This document shows positions 9,948 through 19,904 of a stretch of 64,000 bases of DNA, piece by piece; within the stretch, counting starts at the first letter, position 1; each line of letters begins with the position of its first letter. The notes beneath the pieces are model-generated. The model was not told the DNA's origin. It saw only the letters and a list, made by a program, of their open reading frames with translations, and made no database searches. The position numbers were made by a program, and so were the translations under genes. Source of the DNA: Fimbriimonadales bacterium (GTDB lineage: Bacteria > Armatimonadota > Fimbriimonadia > Fimbriimonadales > JABRVX01); NCBI GenBank assembly GCA_045862955.1, contig BTVI01000016.1, forward strand, positions 11,433 through 75,432. The letters run 5' to 3'.

Positions 9948-10088
9948 AGAGGCTTTCCTTCTCGCTCTCGAGAGACCCCTCGCCCCTTCCGTCATCTGGC
10001 CCGTGCGACCCCTCTCTCCATCTACGCGAAGAGGGCCAGGCGTTCCATCTTGCTCCCATAGGATTGCGCGCGTCGGGGGAGGTAGGAG

Positions 10089-10289
10089 TTGCCGCTCTTA
10101 GTGGGTTCTCTTGCCGCTCTGGTCGCGCTCGTTGCTGCGACCCTCGCGCAGGTTCACTGGCAATTCGCTCTGATGCGCGGAGGGATCGCGTTCGTTGTCG
10201 GGTGGTTTCTCGGGGCAATATGGCAGGCGACCTTCGCGCAGATTAAGCCGCTGGAGGAGACTGTCGAGACGAAGGGTAAAGACGAATGA
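10089..10289 (+). CDS. Small two-helix membrane protein (66 aa)
   Basis: Strong RBS (GGAGGTAGGAG) before TTG; two hydrophobic stretches; first gene of the sigma-28 cassette. Confidence 0.65.
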   Translation: MPLLVGSLAALVALVAATLAQVHWQFALMRGGIAFVVGWFLGAIWQATFAQIKPLEETVETKGKDE

Positions 10290-10305
10290 GAGGGATGCAC
10301 TGCTA

Positions 10306-11088
10306 ATGGCGATTCAACCGCAACTGCTTCCGGAGTATTGGAGAAAGTACAAAGCCGAAAACGATCTTGACGCCCGCCTACAACTCATTGACCATTATAA
10401 ATACCTCGTAAAAATCACGGCTGGACGCGTCGTAAGCAGCCCACCACCGGGGCTGGACCGAGAAGACCTGGTCGGCGCCGGCGTGCAAGGGCTCATCAAG
10501 GCGATTGATCAGTTCGATCGCAGCCGCGAGGTGAAATTCGAGACCTACGCTATTGCGCTCATCCGCGGAGCGATCTTGGAGATGCTTAGAGACGAGGACT
10601 GGGTTCCTCGCTCCATCCGAGAACGGCTGAAGCTCTTGGAGCGAACCCACATGCAGCTCGAGGCGAAGCTGGGCCGTCCGCCCCGAGAAGTGGAAGTGGC
10701 AGAGGCCATGAACATGACCCTCGAGGACTACCATCAGCTGCTTATCCAACTGGGTCGCACCACCCTCGCCTCGATTGACGATGTGCTGGCGAGCAACGAG
10801 GCAGAAGACCAGCTAAGGGTTTCCGACCTCGTCGAAGACCGGCACAGCAATCCCGAAGGGGAGGTTCATGGCAGAGAGGTTCGCCGCCTTCTCACCGAGT
10901 GCATCGAGCGACTGCCGGAGAGGGAACACCTCGTGATAACACTGTACTATTACGAGGGTCTGACGTTCAAGGAGATTGGCAGAGTCCTGGGAGTGTCCGA
11001 AAGCCGCGTATACCAGCTCCACACGCAGGCAATGCTGCGCCTGCGCGTCGGCCTGTCCGATAATGTGGCAATGCTCGCGCATCAGTAA
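10306..11088 (+). CDS. fliA: FliA/WhiG-family RNA polymerase sigma factor (sigma-28)
   Basis: KFETYA..IRGAILEMLR.EDWVPRS and LYYYEGLTFKEIG.VLGVSESRVYQLH motifs. Confidence 0.92.
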   Translation: MAIQPQLLPEYWRKYKAENDLDARLQLIDHYKYLVKITAGRVVSSPPPGLDREDLVGAGVQGLIKAIDQFDRSREVKFETYAIALIRGAILEMLRDEDWVPRSIRERLKLLERTHMQLEAKLGRPPREVEVAEAMNMTLEDYHQLLIQLGRTTLASIDDVLASNEAEDQLRVSDLVEDRHSNPEGEVHGREVRRLLTECIERLPEREHLVITLYYYEGLTFKEIGRVLGVSESRVYQLHTQAMLRLRVGLSDNVAMLAHQ

Positions 11089-11121
11089 TGCGTACCGAAG
11101 GTCAAAGGGAGGCCGTGACCC

Positions 11122-11364
11122 ATGGCTGTGGATGGCGGCGCCCCGCTCAGCCGGGTAACACCCACATCGGGCTCCAACGCAGTGCGACCCGCGGATCGCC
11201 GGGAAGGTCGGCGCAATCGTTCACATCCCGGAGAGGAAGAACCGCAGGACGTGGTAGAGCTTGCCAAAGAAGAGGACCAGACGCCTGAGCAGGAAGGCGA
11301 GCCCGAGCAGGGACTAGCGGACATGGCGGAAGACACGGAGCCACGACTGGACATCCGAGCGTAA
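11122..11364 (+). CDS. Small acidic, probably disordered protein (80 aa)
   Basis: RBS GGGAGG; fills the gap between fliA and the next gene; DVVEL motif and C-terminal LDIRA. Confidence 0.6.
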   Translation: MAVDGGAPLSRVTPTSGSNAVRPADRREGRRNRSHPGEEEPQDVVELAKEEDQTPEQEGEPEQGLADMAEDTEPRLDIRA

Positions 11365-11370
11365 GCAGTC

Positions 11371-11787
11371 ATGGGAGAACTCCTGCTGTTCGCACAACTG
11401 CTCCTGCTTCTGGCCGGGTGGTTCTCCTTTCAGCACTGGAGCCGCAAGCTTCAGGAGCAAGCTAGGAGCGCCTCACTCGCCCCCGAAATCGAGAGGCTGG
11501 AGCGCGCCGCCGAACGGGTATTGAGTAAACTGGCCGCCGAGTCCGAGCGGGCAAAACGTGAACTGGATGCTCGGCGGACCTCCGCGGGAAACGTGGAATC
11601 GCTGCAGGCCGAAGGCCGGTCTTGGCAAGACGCGGCGGTCGCGCTCGTGCAGACGGGACTGAGTCCAAAGGAGATTGCCGGGCGGACCGGGAGGCCCCTC
11701 AGCGAGATCGAGTTGGTCGTGAGTGCTATGCGGAGATCCGCCGACACTCCGCCCACTTACTCGGAGCGTCAACAGGAGGATACGTGA
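11371..11787 (+). CDS. Membrane-anchored coiled-coil protein with C-terminal HTH-like segment (SwrB/DUF6115-like)
   Basis: N-terminal TM, coiled coil, GLSPKEIAGRTGRPLSEIELV; position after a sigma-28 gene as in sigD-swrB. Confidence 0.6.
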   Translation: MGELLLFAQLLLLLAGWFSFQHWSRKLQEQARSASLAPEIERLERAAERVLSKLAAESERAKRELDARRTSAGNVESLQAEGRSWQDAAVALVQTGLSPKEIAGRTGRPLSEIELVVSAMRRSADTPPTYSERQQEDT

Positions 11788-12851
11788 ACGGGACTTACCG
11801 TGCTCTAGCAGTCTTTGGGTTGGCCGCCTTTGGGGCGCTGGCCTTCGTCGGATGCGAAAAAGAAGATGTTCTCGCCACTGTCAACGACGATGTCATCACC
11901 CGTGCGGAGTGGAGTCGTCGGTGCGAGGTAGCGATGGAGAACTATCTCAACTTCGCCCAACTCCGTCAGCGCATCGGAAGGCCGATCTTGCCGGTGGGGT
12001 ACTTCTGCCTCGAGCAGATGATCGGCGAGAAAATCGTGGCTCAGATGGCGAAGAAGGAGGGCGTATCCGCCACCGACGAGGAGGTCAACGACCTGCTCGA
12101 GCGACTGATCCGCCAGCAGCCCCAGTACCTCGACCAGCAGAAAGCCGCGGGTCGAAGCAGAGCAGCCGTGAAGGAGGCTCTGAAGCACGACATCAACGAG
12201 TTCAAGCTACGAACAAAGGGCGTCGAGGTCTCCATGAAGGAGGTAGAAGACTATATCCGACTTCATCCGGAGGACTTCGAAGAACCCGCTCGGGTGCGCG
12301 GCAAGGTGATTGCGGTTTCCACCGAAGCCGCTAAGCAGGCCGTGGACAAAGAGCTTGCCGGCGGCGTCAACTTCCAGATCGTGGCCACCAACATGTCGGA
12401 GGATCCCTCCCGCGAGCGTGGTGGGGCCTTCGGTCCGGTGCCGATACAGAGTCTGTCGGTTGACATTCAGCCCATCATCGAGCAGACGCGTGTCTTCGGC
12501 ACCACGCCCTGGATCCGACAGGGTAACGCCTGGCTGAAGTTCTACATAGACGAGAAGACCGAGAAGCGCTACAAAGCGCCGAACGAGGACGTGAAGTGGG
12601 GCCTGCGACGCAGGCTAATGCTAGAGAAGGCCTCGGCGCTCAACGACTACGCGGCAACGCTTACAGATGCCGTCAACTCTGCCAAGGTCAAAATCAATGA
12701 AAGTTGGCTGGAAGGGCTCTGGAAGAGCGAGAAGACCCAGAGGCTCGAGATGATGAAGCAGCGCGAGAAGAGGGAGAAGGAAGCCGAGGGGACAGGCACA
12801 GGTGCACCCAAGCCCCCTGGCGGCGGCTCGCCACCGCTCGGGGGCCAGTAG
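11784..12851 (+). CDS. PrsA/SurA-like peptidyl-prolyl isomerase lipoprotein
   Basis: RBS AGGAGG plus GTG; lipobox LAFVGC; LATVNDDVIT; parvulin-like NFQIVATNMSEDPSRERGG. Confidence 0.8.
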   Translation: MNGTYRALAVFGLAAFGALAFVGCEKEDVLATVNDDVITRAEWSRRCEVAMENYLNFAQLRQRIGRPILPVGYFCLEQMIGEKIVAQMAKKEGVSATDEEVNDLLERLIRQQPQYLDQQKAAGRSRAAVKEALKHDINEFKLRTKGVEVSMKEVEDYIRLHPEDFEEPARVRGKVIAVSTEAAKQAVDKELAGGVNFQIVATNMSEDPSRERGGAFGPVPIQSLSVDIQPIIEQTRVFGTTPWIRQGNAWLKFYIDEKTEKRYKAPNEDVKWGLRRRLMLEKASALNDYAATLTDAVNSAKVKINESWLEGLWKSEKTQRLEMMKQREKREKEAEGTGTGAPKPPGGGSPPLGGQ

Positions 12852-12906
12852 CTAGAGGGTGGCAGGCGAGTCCCGCGCGGCAAGCGAGGCCAAGAGCCTA
12901 CGCCCG

Positions 12907-14340
12907 ATGATCGTCGTGGTAGGCCTCGGTCCCGGTGGGACCGAGGCCATTCCGCCTAGAGCGCTCGATGCGATGCGCTCGGCTTCGTCCGTGCTGTTGC
13001 GGACCGGCAGGCACCCCGGCGTCGAGGCCCTGTCGTCTCATGGCGTCCGCTTCGAAACAGCCGACTACCTGTACGAAGCCGCTGAGGCCTTCGAGGATGT
13101 CTACTCCGCCATCGCCTCTCGCGTCGTTCACCTCGCACACGAGACAGGGCATGTCGCATTCGCAGTTCCGGGTCACCCGCTGTTCGGGGAGCGCAGTGTA
13201 CGGGAGGTGCTGCACTCGGCACGCGAGCAGATGATACGCGTCGAGATCGTTGGTGCAACCGACTTTCTCGCTGCCACTCTCGAGGCGCTGCAAGAGCCAT
13301 TCGACGACCACCTGCAAGTCCTCAACGCCTACGACCCCGAAGGGGTGCGACCCGACCCGCGAGCCCCCATTATCGTGTATCAGGTGGACAGCAGGGAGGC
13401 GGCATCCTCGGTCAAGCTCGCTCTCATGCAGCACTATCCGGACGAACACGCAGTGCGCATCGTAACACACGGTCATCCGGTGGTGGACGTGCCTCTTTTC
13501 GAGCTAGACCATGCAGAGTTCACGCATCTCACGTCGGTGTTCGTCCCGCCACTGGATCTGCCTCGTTCGCCGGGGTTCTACGGCTTGGTGGAGGTCGTAG
13601 CGGCGCTCCGCGGCCCTGGGGGATGCCCGTGGGACCTGAAGCAGACGCACCAAAGCCTGAAGACACACCTCGTCGAGGAGACGTACGAGGTGCTGGCAGC
13701 CATCGACTCGGGGGACCCCGACAAGCTGTGCGAGGAGCTCGGTGATTTTCTCCTCCAAGCCCTCATGCACGCCCAGATAGACAGCGAAGAGGGCCTGTAT
13801 GATATCGAGGATGTCATACGCAGCCAGACCGAGAAGCTCTTGCGGCGCCACCCGCATGTCTTCGGTGGACTCGACGTGGCCGGGGTCGAGGATGTTCTAC
13901 AAAACTGGGATCGCATCAAGTCCGAGGAGAAGGGCGGGGAAGAGAGATCGGCCTTGGAGGGAGTGCCCGACGCACTGCCTGCGCTCCTTCGCGCCTACGA
14001 GGTATCGAAACGAGCCGCGCGCTTGGGCTTCGACTGGCCCGACCTAACCTCCGTGCTGGACAAGGTCCAAGAAGAACTGGACGAGCTTCGCCGAGAGGCA
14101 GCCACGCCGGATCCCGACCGACTCCTCCACGAGGTCGGTGATCTACTCTTCGCCGCGGCCAACGCAGCCCGAAAAGCCGGGTTGGAGCCAGAGGATGCCC
14201 TGCGTCACATGTTGCGTCGTTTCACCCGACGATTCGGTTGGATGGAGGCCGAGGTGAGGCGGCTTGGCAGAGACCCTCGCTCCCTGTCCCCCGACGAGTG
14301 GGACCAACTATGGTCCCGGGCCAAGGAGTCGAGCGGGTAA
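12907..14340 (+). CDS. mazG: YabN-type tetrapyrrole-methylase/MazG nucleoside triphosphate pyrophosphohydrolase fusion
   Basis: VVGLGPG and AVPGHP N-terminal domain; GCPWD.KQTH, EELGD, RRHPHVF MazG motifs. Confidence 0.92.
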   Translation: MIVVVGLGPGGTEAIPPRALDAMRSASSVLLRTGRHPGVEALSSHGVRFETADYLYEAAEAFEDVYSAIASRVVHLAHETGHVAFAVPGHPLFGERSVREVLHSAREQMIRVEIVGATDFLAATLEALQEPFDDHLQVLNAYDPEGVRPDPRAPIIVYQVDSREAASSVKLALMQHYPDEHAVRIVTHGHPVVDVPLFELDHAEFTHLTSVFVPPLDLPRSPGFYGLVEVVAALRGPGGCPWDLKQTHQSLKTHLVEETYEVLAAIDSGDPDKLCEELGDFLLQALMHAQIDSEEGLYDIEDVIRSQTEKLLRRHPHVFGGLDVAGVEDVLQNWDRIKSEEKGGEERSALEGVPDALPALLRAYEVSKRAARLGFDWPDLTSVLDKVQEELDELRREAATPDPDRLLHEVGDLLFAAANAARKAGLEPEDALRHMLRRFTRRFGWMEAEVRRLGRDPRSLSPDEWDQLWSRAKESSG

Positions 14341-14451
14341 GATCGAGTGACCCTCTGGAGGTCTCCGAGGGTCCCCTGATGACCCCCCGTCGGACGTCGC
14401 GCCTCCCGCAAGCGAGTCCTTCGGACACAATCACTGCAAGGAGTGGGAATG

Positions 14452-17115
14452 ATGAGCACCAAGCGCGTTTACCTCTTCCGAGAGGGTGATGCATCCATGC
14501 GCGACCTCCTGGGAGGGAAAGGCGCAAACCTGGCCGAGATGACCAACATCGGGCTGCCGGTCCCCCCGGGCTTCACAATCACCACCGAGGCATGCAACGA
14601 GACACTCGCGCTCGGGCGGATGCCGGACGGATTGATGGATGAAGTCAGAACGGCGCTCGCCGACGTGGAGCGGGAGCTGGGGAAGAAGTTCGGGGACCCG
14701 ACAAACCCGCTGCTACTCTCTGTACGCTCCGGATCCAAGTTCTCGATGCCGGGAATGATGGACACTATCCTCAACCTCGGCCTGAACCCCACCGTCATCG
14801 AGGGCCTCGCCAAGACCGCCGACGAGCGGTTTCTTTATGACGCCTACCGCCGATTCCTGATGATGTTCAGCGATGTGGTGCTGGGCATCAAGAAGCATCA
14901 GTTCGAGCACAAATTCGATGCGCTCAAGGCCAAGCTCGGTGTGCGCCTGGATACCGAGGTAGGGGCATCCGATCTGAGAGCGCTGTGTGAGGACTTCCGC
15001 GAGCTGGTCCGCAGCTCCCGTGGCGAGCCGTTCCCAGACGACCCTATGGTTCAGCTCGAGATGGCTATCAACGCGGTGTTCAACAGCTGGAACAATGAGC
15101 GCGCAATTATCTACCGCAAGAAGGAAGGCATCCCGGACGACCTCGGCACGGCATGCAACATCCAGGCGATGGTCTTCGGCAACATGGGGGACGACTGCGG
15201 TACCGGCGTCGCCTTCACCCGCGACGTGGCAACGGGCGAGAACGTGCTGTACGGCGAGTTCCTCATCAACGCTCAGGGCGAAGACGTCGTCGCGGGGGTT
15301 CGCACTCCTCTGAAGATCGCCGAGCTCAAGGAGAAGATGCCCGACATCTACCACGAGTTCGAGGCGATGGGCCGCAAGCTGGAGCGCCACTACAAGGACG
15401 TGATGGACCTCGAGTTCACTATCGAGAAGGGTCGCCTGTTCATGCTCCAGTGCCGCGTCGGCAAGCGAACCGGACCCGCCGCGGTGCGCATCGCCGTCGA
15501 GATGGTCGAGGAGGGCCTCATCACCCGCGAGGAAGCCGTCTTGCGAGTCGAGCCGAACCGACTGAACGAACTCCTCCACCCGCGCATAGACACGGCCAGA
15601 CTAGGGCCGGCGGACAAGCCCATCGCCACTGGTTTGGGTGCATCTCCTGGAGCCGCGAGCGGGGTGTGCGTTTTCGAGTCGGGGCGTGCCGAGGAACTAG
15701 GCAAGGAGGGCCAGCCGCTGATCCTCGTGCGTGCCGAGACCAACCCCGACGACATCCGAGGCATGCTCGTCTCGAAGGGCATCCTCACGCAGCGGGGCGG
15801 CATGACCAGTCATGCTGCGGTCGTGGCCCGCGGCTTCGGTGTCCCCTGCGTCTCCGGCTGTGAGGCGCTGGAGATCGACGAGAGCGCTCACACGCTGAAG
15901 GTCGGCGACAAGCTGTTCCGCGAGGGAGACTGGATTACGATTGACGGCTCGGCCGGCACCGTGTATGCCGGACAGGTTCCTACGGTCGCCCCGGAAGTGT
16001 CCGGCCACCTGGCTACGCTTCTCGGCTGGGCGGACGAGTTCCGAAGGCTCAAAGTCCGAACCAACGCAGACAACCCGACGGATGCGGCTCGAGCGGTGTC
16101 GTTCGGTGCAGAAGGCATCGGCCTCTGCCGAACCGAGCACATGTTCTTCGAAGACCGCCTGCCCATCGTTCAGGAGATGATCCTGGCCGAGTCGGAGGAG
16201 AAGCGCCGCGCTGCACTCGACCGATTGCTCCCCTTCCAGCGCGGCGACTTCGTGGGAATCTTCAAGGCGATGGCGGGTAAACCCGTGACCATCCGACTCA
16301 TCGACCCGCCGCTGCACGAGTTCTTGCCGCAATACGACGACCTGCTGCGAGAGGTGATCGAGCTAGAGTTTCGCAATCCTGACAGCGCCGAGCTCCAGTC
16401 GAAGCAGGCACTGCTCGCCAAAGTCGAAGCGATGCGTGAGGCCAACCCGATGCTCGGCCTGCGCGGCGTGCGCCTTTCCATCGTCTTTCCCGAGATTGTG
16501 GAGATGCAGGTGCGAGCCATCCTAGAAGCGGCCATCGAGGTGCAACGCGAGGGGATCGAGGTGCTGCCCGAGATCATGATCCCGCTCGTGGGACACGTGA
16601 ACGAGCTGAAGGTCGTGCGCGACAAGTTGGAGGCTGTGGCGCAGACCGTGCTGGCCCAGCACAACGCACACGTGGACTACCTGTTCGGCACCATGATCGA
16701 GCTGCCGCGTGCCGCCCTCACGGCCGACGAGATCGCGCAGCATGCCCAGTTCTTCAGCTTCGGCACGAACGACCTCACGCAGACTACCTTCGGCTTCAGC
16801 CGGGACGATGCGGAAGGCAAGTTCCTGGAGCGGTACGTCGAGACCGGCATCCTGCCCGAAAACCCCTTCGCCGTGCTGGACGAGAACGGAGTTGGCAAGT
16901 TGGTGAAGATGGCCCACGACCTCGGTACCGCTGCTAACCCAGGGATCAAGATGGGCATCTGCGGCGAACACGGCGGAGACCCGAAGTCCATTGACTTCTG
17001 CCACCGAGTGGGCTTGCAGTACGTCAGCTGCTCCCCCTTCCGCGTGCCTATCGCGAGGCTGGCCGCCGCGCAAGCCGCGCTGCGGGACCGCGTGAAGGTG
17101 GCCGTGGACAAATAG
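14452..17115 (+). CDS. ppdK: Pyruvate, phosphate dikinase
   Basis: LLGGKGANLAEM, SMPGMMDT, GGMTSHAAVVARG phospho-His site, GIGLCRTEHMF, SFGTNDLTQ. Confidence 0.98.
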   Translation: MSTKRVYLFREGDASMRDLLGGKGANLAEMTNIGLPVPPGFTITTEACNETLALGRMPDGLMDEVRTALADVERELGKKFGDPTNPLLLSVRSGSKFSMPGMMDTILNLGLNPTVIEGLAKTADERFLYDAYRRFLMMFSDVVLGIKKHQFEHKFDALKAKLGVRLDTEVGASDLRALCEDFRELVRSSRGEPFPDDPMVQLEMAINAVFNSWNNERAIIYRKKEGIPDDLGTACNIQAMVFGNMGDDCGTGVAFTRDVATGENVLYGEFLINAQGEDVVAGVRTPLKIAELKEKMPDIYHEFEAMGRKLERHYKDVMDLEFTIEKGRLFMLQCRVGKRTGPAAVRIAVEMVEEGLITREEAVLRVEPNRLNELLHPRIDTARLGPADKPIATGLGASPGAASGVCVFESGRAEELGKEGQPLILVRAETNPDDIRGMLVSKGILTQRGGMTSHAAVVARGFGVPCVSGCEALEIDESAHTLKVGDKLFREGDWITIDGSAGTVYAGQVPTVAPEVSGHLATLLGWADEFRRLKVRTNADNPTDAARAVSFGAEGIGLCRTEHMFFEDRLPIVQEMILAESEEKRRAALDRLLPFQRGDFVGIFKAMAGKPVTIRLIDPPLHEFLPQYDDLLREVIELEFRNPDSAELQSKQALLAKVEAMREANPMLGLRGVRLSIVFPEIVEMQVRAILEAAIEVQREGIEVLPEIMIPLVGHVNELKVVRDKLEAVAQTVLAQHNAHVDYLFGTMIELPRAALTADEIAQHAQFFSFGTNDLTQTTFGFSRDDAEGKFLERYVETGILPENPFAVLDENGVGKLVKMAHDLGTAANPGIKMGICGEHGGDPKSIDFCHRVGLQYVSCSPFRVPIARLAAAQAALRDRVKVAVDK

Positions 17116-17123
17116 GCGGTACG

Positions 17124-18071
17124 TTGCACGAACTGGCGGCGGCCCTGAAGGCGCGGGCAGTCGAAGAAGGCTTCGACCTCGTCGGAATCGCGCCGGCAGT
17201 GCCGCCGCCGCACTATGCCACCTACCTGCAGTGGCTGGCGAATGGCATGCACGGCGAGATGGCTTACATGCACCGCCACAAGCACCTGCGTGCGCATCCC
17301 GAGAACCTGCTGCCTGGCGTACGGAGCATCCTGGTCGCCGCGATGAACTATGCTAGGGGCCCGCATCCCGCAAGGTCAGGGCACGGGCGCATCGCCGCGT
17401 ATGCTTGGGGTCGCGACTACCACAAGGTGCTGCGGTCCAAGCTCCGCCGGGTGTCCGCGTGGTTGGTGTCCCAAGCGCCAGAGGTCCGGACGCGCATCTG
17501 TGTAGACTCGGCCCCACTCCTGGAGCGCGACTACGCCATGCTTGCGGGCATCGGGTGGTTCGGCAAGAACTCGTGCATCATAAACACCCACTGCGGCTCT
17601 TATTTCCTGCTCGGCTGCCTGCTCACTACCCTAGACCTTCCGCCAGATACGCCCGCCGTGGGCGGCTGCGGCACCTGTGGACTGTGCCTCGATGCCTGTC
17701 CGACCGGTGCAATCGTCGGCCCCGGCGTGGTGGATGCCCGCCGCTGCATCAGCTACCTCACCATCGAGAAGCGCGGCCCGATCCCGGCACATCTGCAGCC
17801 GAGGATGCAGGACTGGGTGTTCGGGTGCGACGTGTGCCAAGACGTGTGCCCGTTCAACCATCCGCGCGAAAACGCCCCGGCGCGAGGAGCAACAGCAAGC
17901 GACCCAGAGATGGCCGCCCGCCTGGACCCCTCCCCGCGGCTCACCGAACTCGTTGGCATAACGCAGGAGGAGTTCTTCCGACGCTACGCGGGTACCGCCT
18001 TGATCCGCGCCAAGCACGAAGGTCTCGTGCGAAACGCCCGCGTCGCCCTAAGAAACGACAAAGGGACTTGA
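17124..18071 (+). CDS. queG: tRNA epoxyqueuosine(34) reductase
   Basis: YAWGRDYH, CGTCGLCLDACPT, RCISYLTIE, GCDVCQDVCP. Confidence 0.95.
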   Translation: MHELAAALKARAVEEGFDLVGIAPAVPPPHYATYLQWLANGMHGEMAYMHRHKHLRAHPENLLPGVRSILVAAMNYARGPHPARSGHGRIAAYAWGRDYHKVLRSKLRRVSAWLVSQAPEVRTRICVDSAPLLERDYAMLAGIGWFGKNSCIINTHCGSYFLLGCLLTTLDLPPDTPAVGGCGTCGLCLDACPTGAIVGPGVVDARRCISYLTIEKRGPIPAHLQPRMQDWVFGCDVCQDVCPFNHPRENAPARGATASDPEMAARLDPSPRLTELVGITQEEFFRRYAGTALIRAKHEGLVRNARVALRNDKGT

Positions 18072-18132
18072 CGTTCGCCCCCGAATGCGCTAGATTCAGC
18101 GAGTTCGGTCGACTGAAAGGAGAACCCAGCCC

Positions 18133-19095
18133 ATGAAGACTATCCCTTGCATCCTCGGCCTCCTGCTCCTACCACTCGTGGCAGCGGCAGTCCCCAACTG
18201 GGACATGAGCGGCACGGCGTACGAGGCCACCATCTCCTACACCTTTACCACCTCGCCCTTCCCGCTGTCCGACAGCGATACGAAGACCGGCCCGCTTCTC
18301 TTCGGCCAGCAGGACGAAGCGGGGAACGTGCCCGTTGAAATTACCCTGACGATCGGCGACGGCGTGTTTCCCATCAACTGCTCCGGCCTCGTACAGGGCA
18401 ACAACATCCACGTGTACACCCCGGAGCCGGTGCCCGGCCCGTTCTCCTACCGCACCAGCTTCTGGATCGGGCCGATCGAATGCATCATGGACGTGACGCT
18501 GACGAACGTGGTTGTCGACATAGACCTTCGCGTTGCCAGCTCGACGTTCATGGACTGGGGAGACGGGACGGTGGAGTGCGACCTCGCGGTCACTTCGCCC
18601 AACTGCTTCATTCCTAGTGTGGACCGCGGATACGTGGACGTGACCGCGTTCACCGCGACGGGTGGCCCGGCCAAGCGCTACATGACGCTCAGCGGCACGG
18701 CCTCCCTCGGCGGCTACGTGGGCTCGCTCTCGACCAAGGATCTGCTGCTGTCGCTCTCGGGCCCCTCGCCGACCGACGTGGCGCTCTCGATGGACGGTTC
18801 GGGCGCTTGGTCCGAGCGGGTGGCGTTGGTCCCAGGGACTTACACGCCCCGCTTCTCCTCCCAGTATTACTTGCGGCACGCATTGCCGGCCCTCGGCCTC
18901 GAAGGCGACACTGGGGGGCTGAACGCGAGCCTGATCGGTGGCGATGCCGACTCCAGTAACCAGGTGACGATCGCCGATCTCAATGCCGTGCTGGTCGGAT
19001 TCGGCGGGACCACCCCAGACCTCGACGGCAGTGGCACGGTGGACCTCGGCGACCTCAACCTGGTGCTACTGAACTTTTCCAAGGCAGGAGACTAG
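18133..19095 (+). CDS. Secreted protein with C-terminal dockerin/EF-hand-like duplicated motif
   Basis: Signal peptide; GDADSSNQVTIADLNAVL and DLDGSGTVDLGDLNLVL repeats. Confidence 0.75.
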   Translation: MKTIPCILGLLLLPLVAAAVPNWDMSGTAYEATISYTFTTSPFPLSDSDTKTGPLLFGQQDEAGNVPVEITLTIGDGVFPINCSGLVQGNNIHVYTPEPVPGPFSYRTSFWIGPIECIMDVTLTNVVVDIDLRVASSTFMDWGDGTVECDLAVTSPNCFIPSVDRGYVDVTAFTATGGPAKRYMTLSGTASLGGYVGSLSTKDLLLSLSGPSPTDVALSMDGSGAWSERVALVPGTYTPRFSSQYYLRHALPALGLEGDTGGLNASLIGGDADSSNQVTIADLNAVLVGFGGTTPDLDGSGTVDLGDLNLVLLNFSKAGD

Positions 19096-19180
19096 GGCCG
19101 GCCGCCAGTCTGGGGTATCCTAGAGGCCCCGTGAAGCAGCATCGCGCGTCGCCGACGTGCCGGCGTGAGGAGGTGGGAGA

Positions 19181-19348
19181 ATGGCAAGTAAGGCAAAGGG
19201 CAATCGGGTGATTATCAAGCTCAAGAGTACCGAAAGTCCGCACTACTACACAACGTGGAAGAACAAGCAGAAGACGCCGGATAAGCTGGAGCTGAAGAAG
19301 TACGACCCGGTCGTCCGCCGCCACGTGCTGTACAAGGAAGGGAAGTAG
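19181..19348 (+). CDS. rpmG: 50S ribosomal protein L33 (cysteine-free type); not in the ORF track
   Basis: Translated by hand: [65 protein letters not shown]. Confidence 0.95.
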   Translation: MASKAKGNRVIIKLKSTESPHYYTTWKNKQKTPDKLELKKYDPVVRRHVLYKEGK

Positions 19349-19377
19349 CCTCTCCCCGTCCGTTTCGAACTTGCGCA

Positions 19378-19409
19378 GGGGCCCCACCGTCCGCCGCGGT
19401 GGGGCTTCT
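19378..19409 (+). terminator. Hairpin after rpmG, probable intrinsic terminator
   Basis: GCCCCACCG (19381-19389) pairs with CGGTGGGGC (19397-19405); weak T tail. Confidence 0.5.
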
Positions 19410-19466
19410 GTACTCCTTCCCGATAGGCTCCGAAGCACTGAGCCCTCGCCGTCTGACCGTGTTCTA

Positions 19467-19904
19467 TGCCCCCGCCCACGCCCGCCACTCCGCAGCACCG
19501 AGGGCATCAAGCCGGCCCAAGGACCGCGCCGGGGCTCTGAACCAGCCTCTCATGCCCTGGCCGAAGTTGCGAGGGAGTTCCATTCCCCGGCCCGCGTCCG
19601 CCGCTTGGCATCAGCTGCGGGACTGGCGCCGTCACGCTGCTCCTGCCCCCGCGCTGACCTTTCCATGCCTAGACGTTTCGGCTGTCGTCTGCCGCCAGGC
19701 GCCCGCCCAGCGACCCACCTAGCAGCCGAACGTCGAGGCACCCGGCGCCAGCGGCTGGTGATTCCCCCCTCACCCCAACCCTCTCCCCCGGGAACGGGGG
19801 AGAGGGAGGGAGATTCCATGTCGAGGCTTCTGTATGCCCCGGCCCGCATCCGCCGCTTGGCAGCACCGAGGGCAGGAAGCCAACCCAAGGACCGCGCCGG
19901 GGCA
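19467..19904. repeat. Intergenic repeat island: two 70-nt family-B cassettes (19467-19536, 19835-19904), a partial B arm (about 19583-19610), one 77-nt family-C cassette (19665-19741) and a CCCTCTCCCC/GGGGAGAGGG hairpin (about 19766-19807)
   Basis: Direct sequence comparison with copies at 26.5 kb and 63.8 kb. Confidence 0.8.

Noticed and set aside
11122..11364. Pup/UBact-like modifier to partner the ARC ATPase
   Set aside because: Small and acidic, but ends in LDIRA rather than a GGE/GGQ or GE/GQ-type terminus, and is far from arc.
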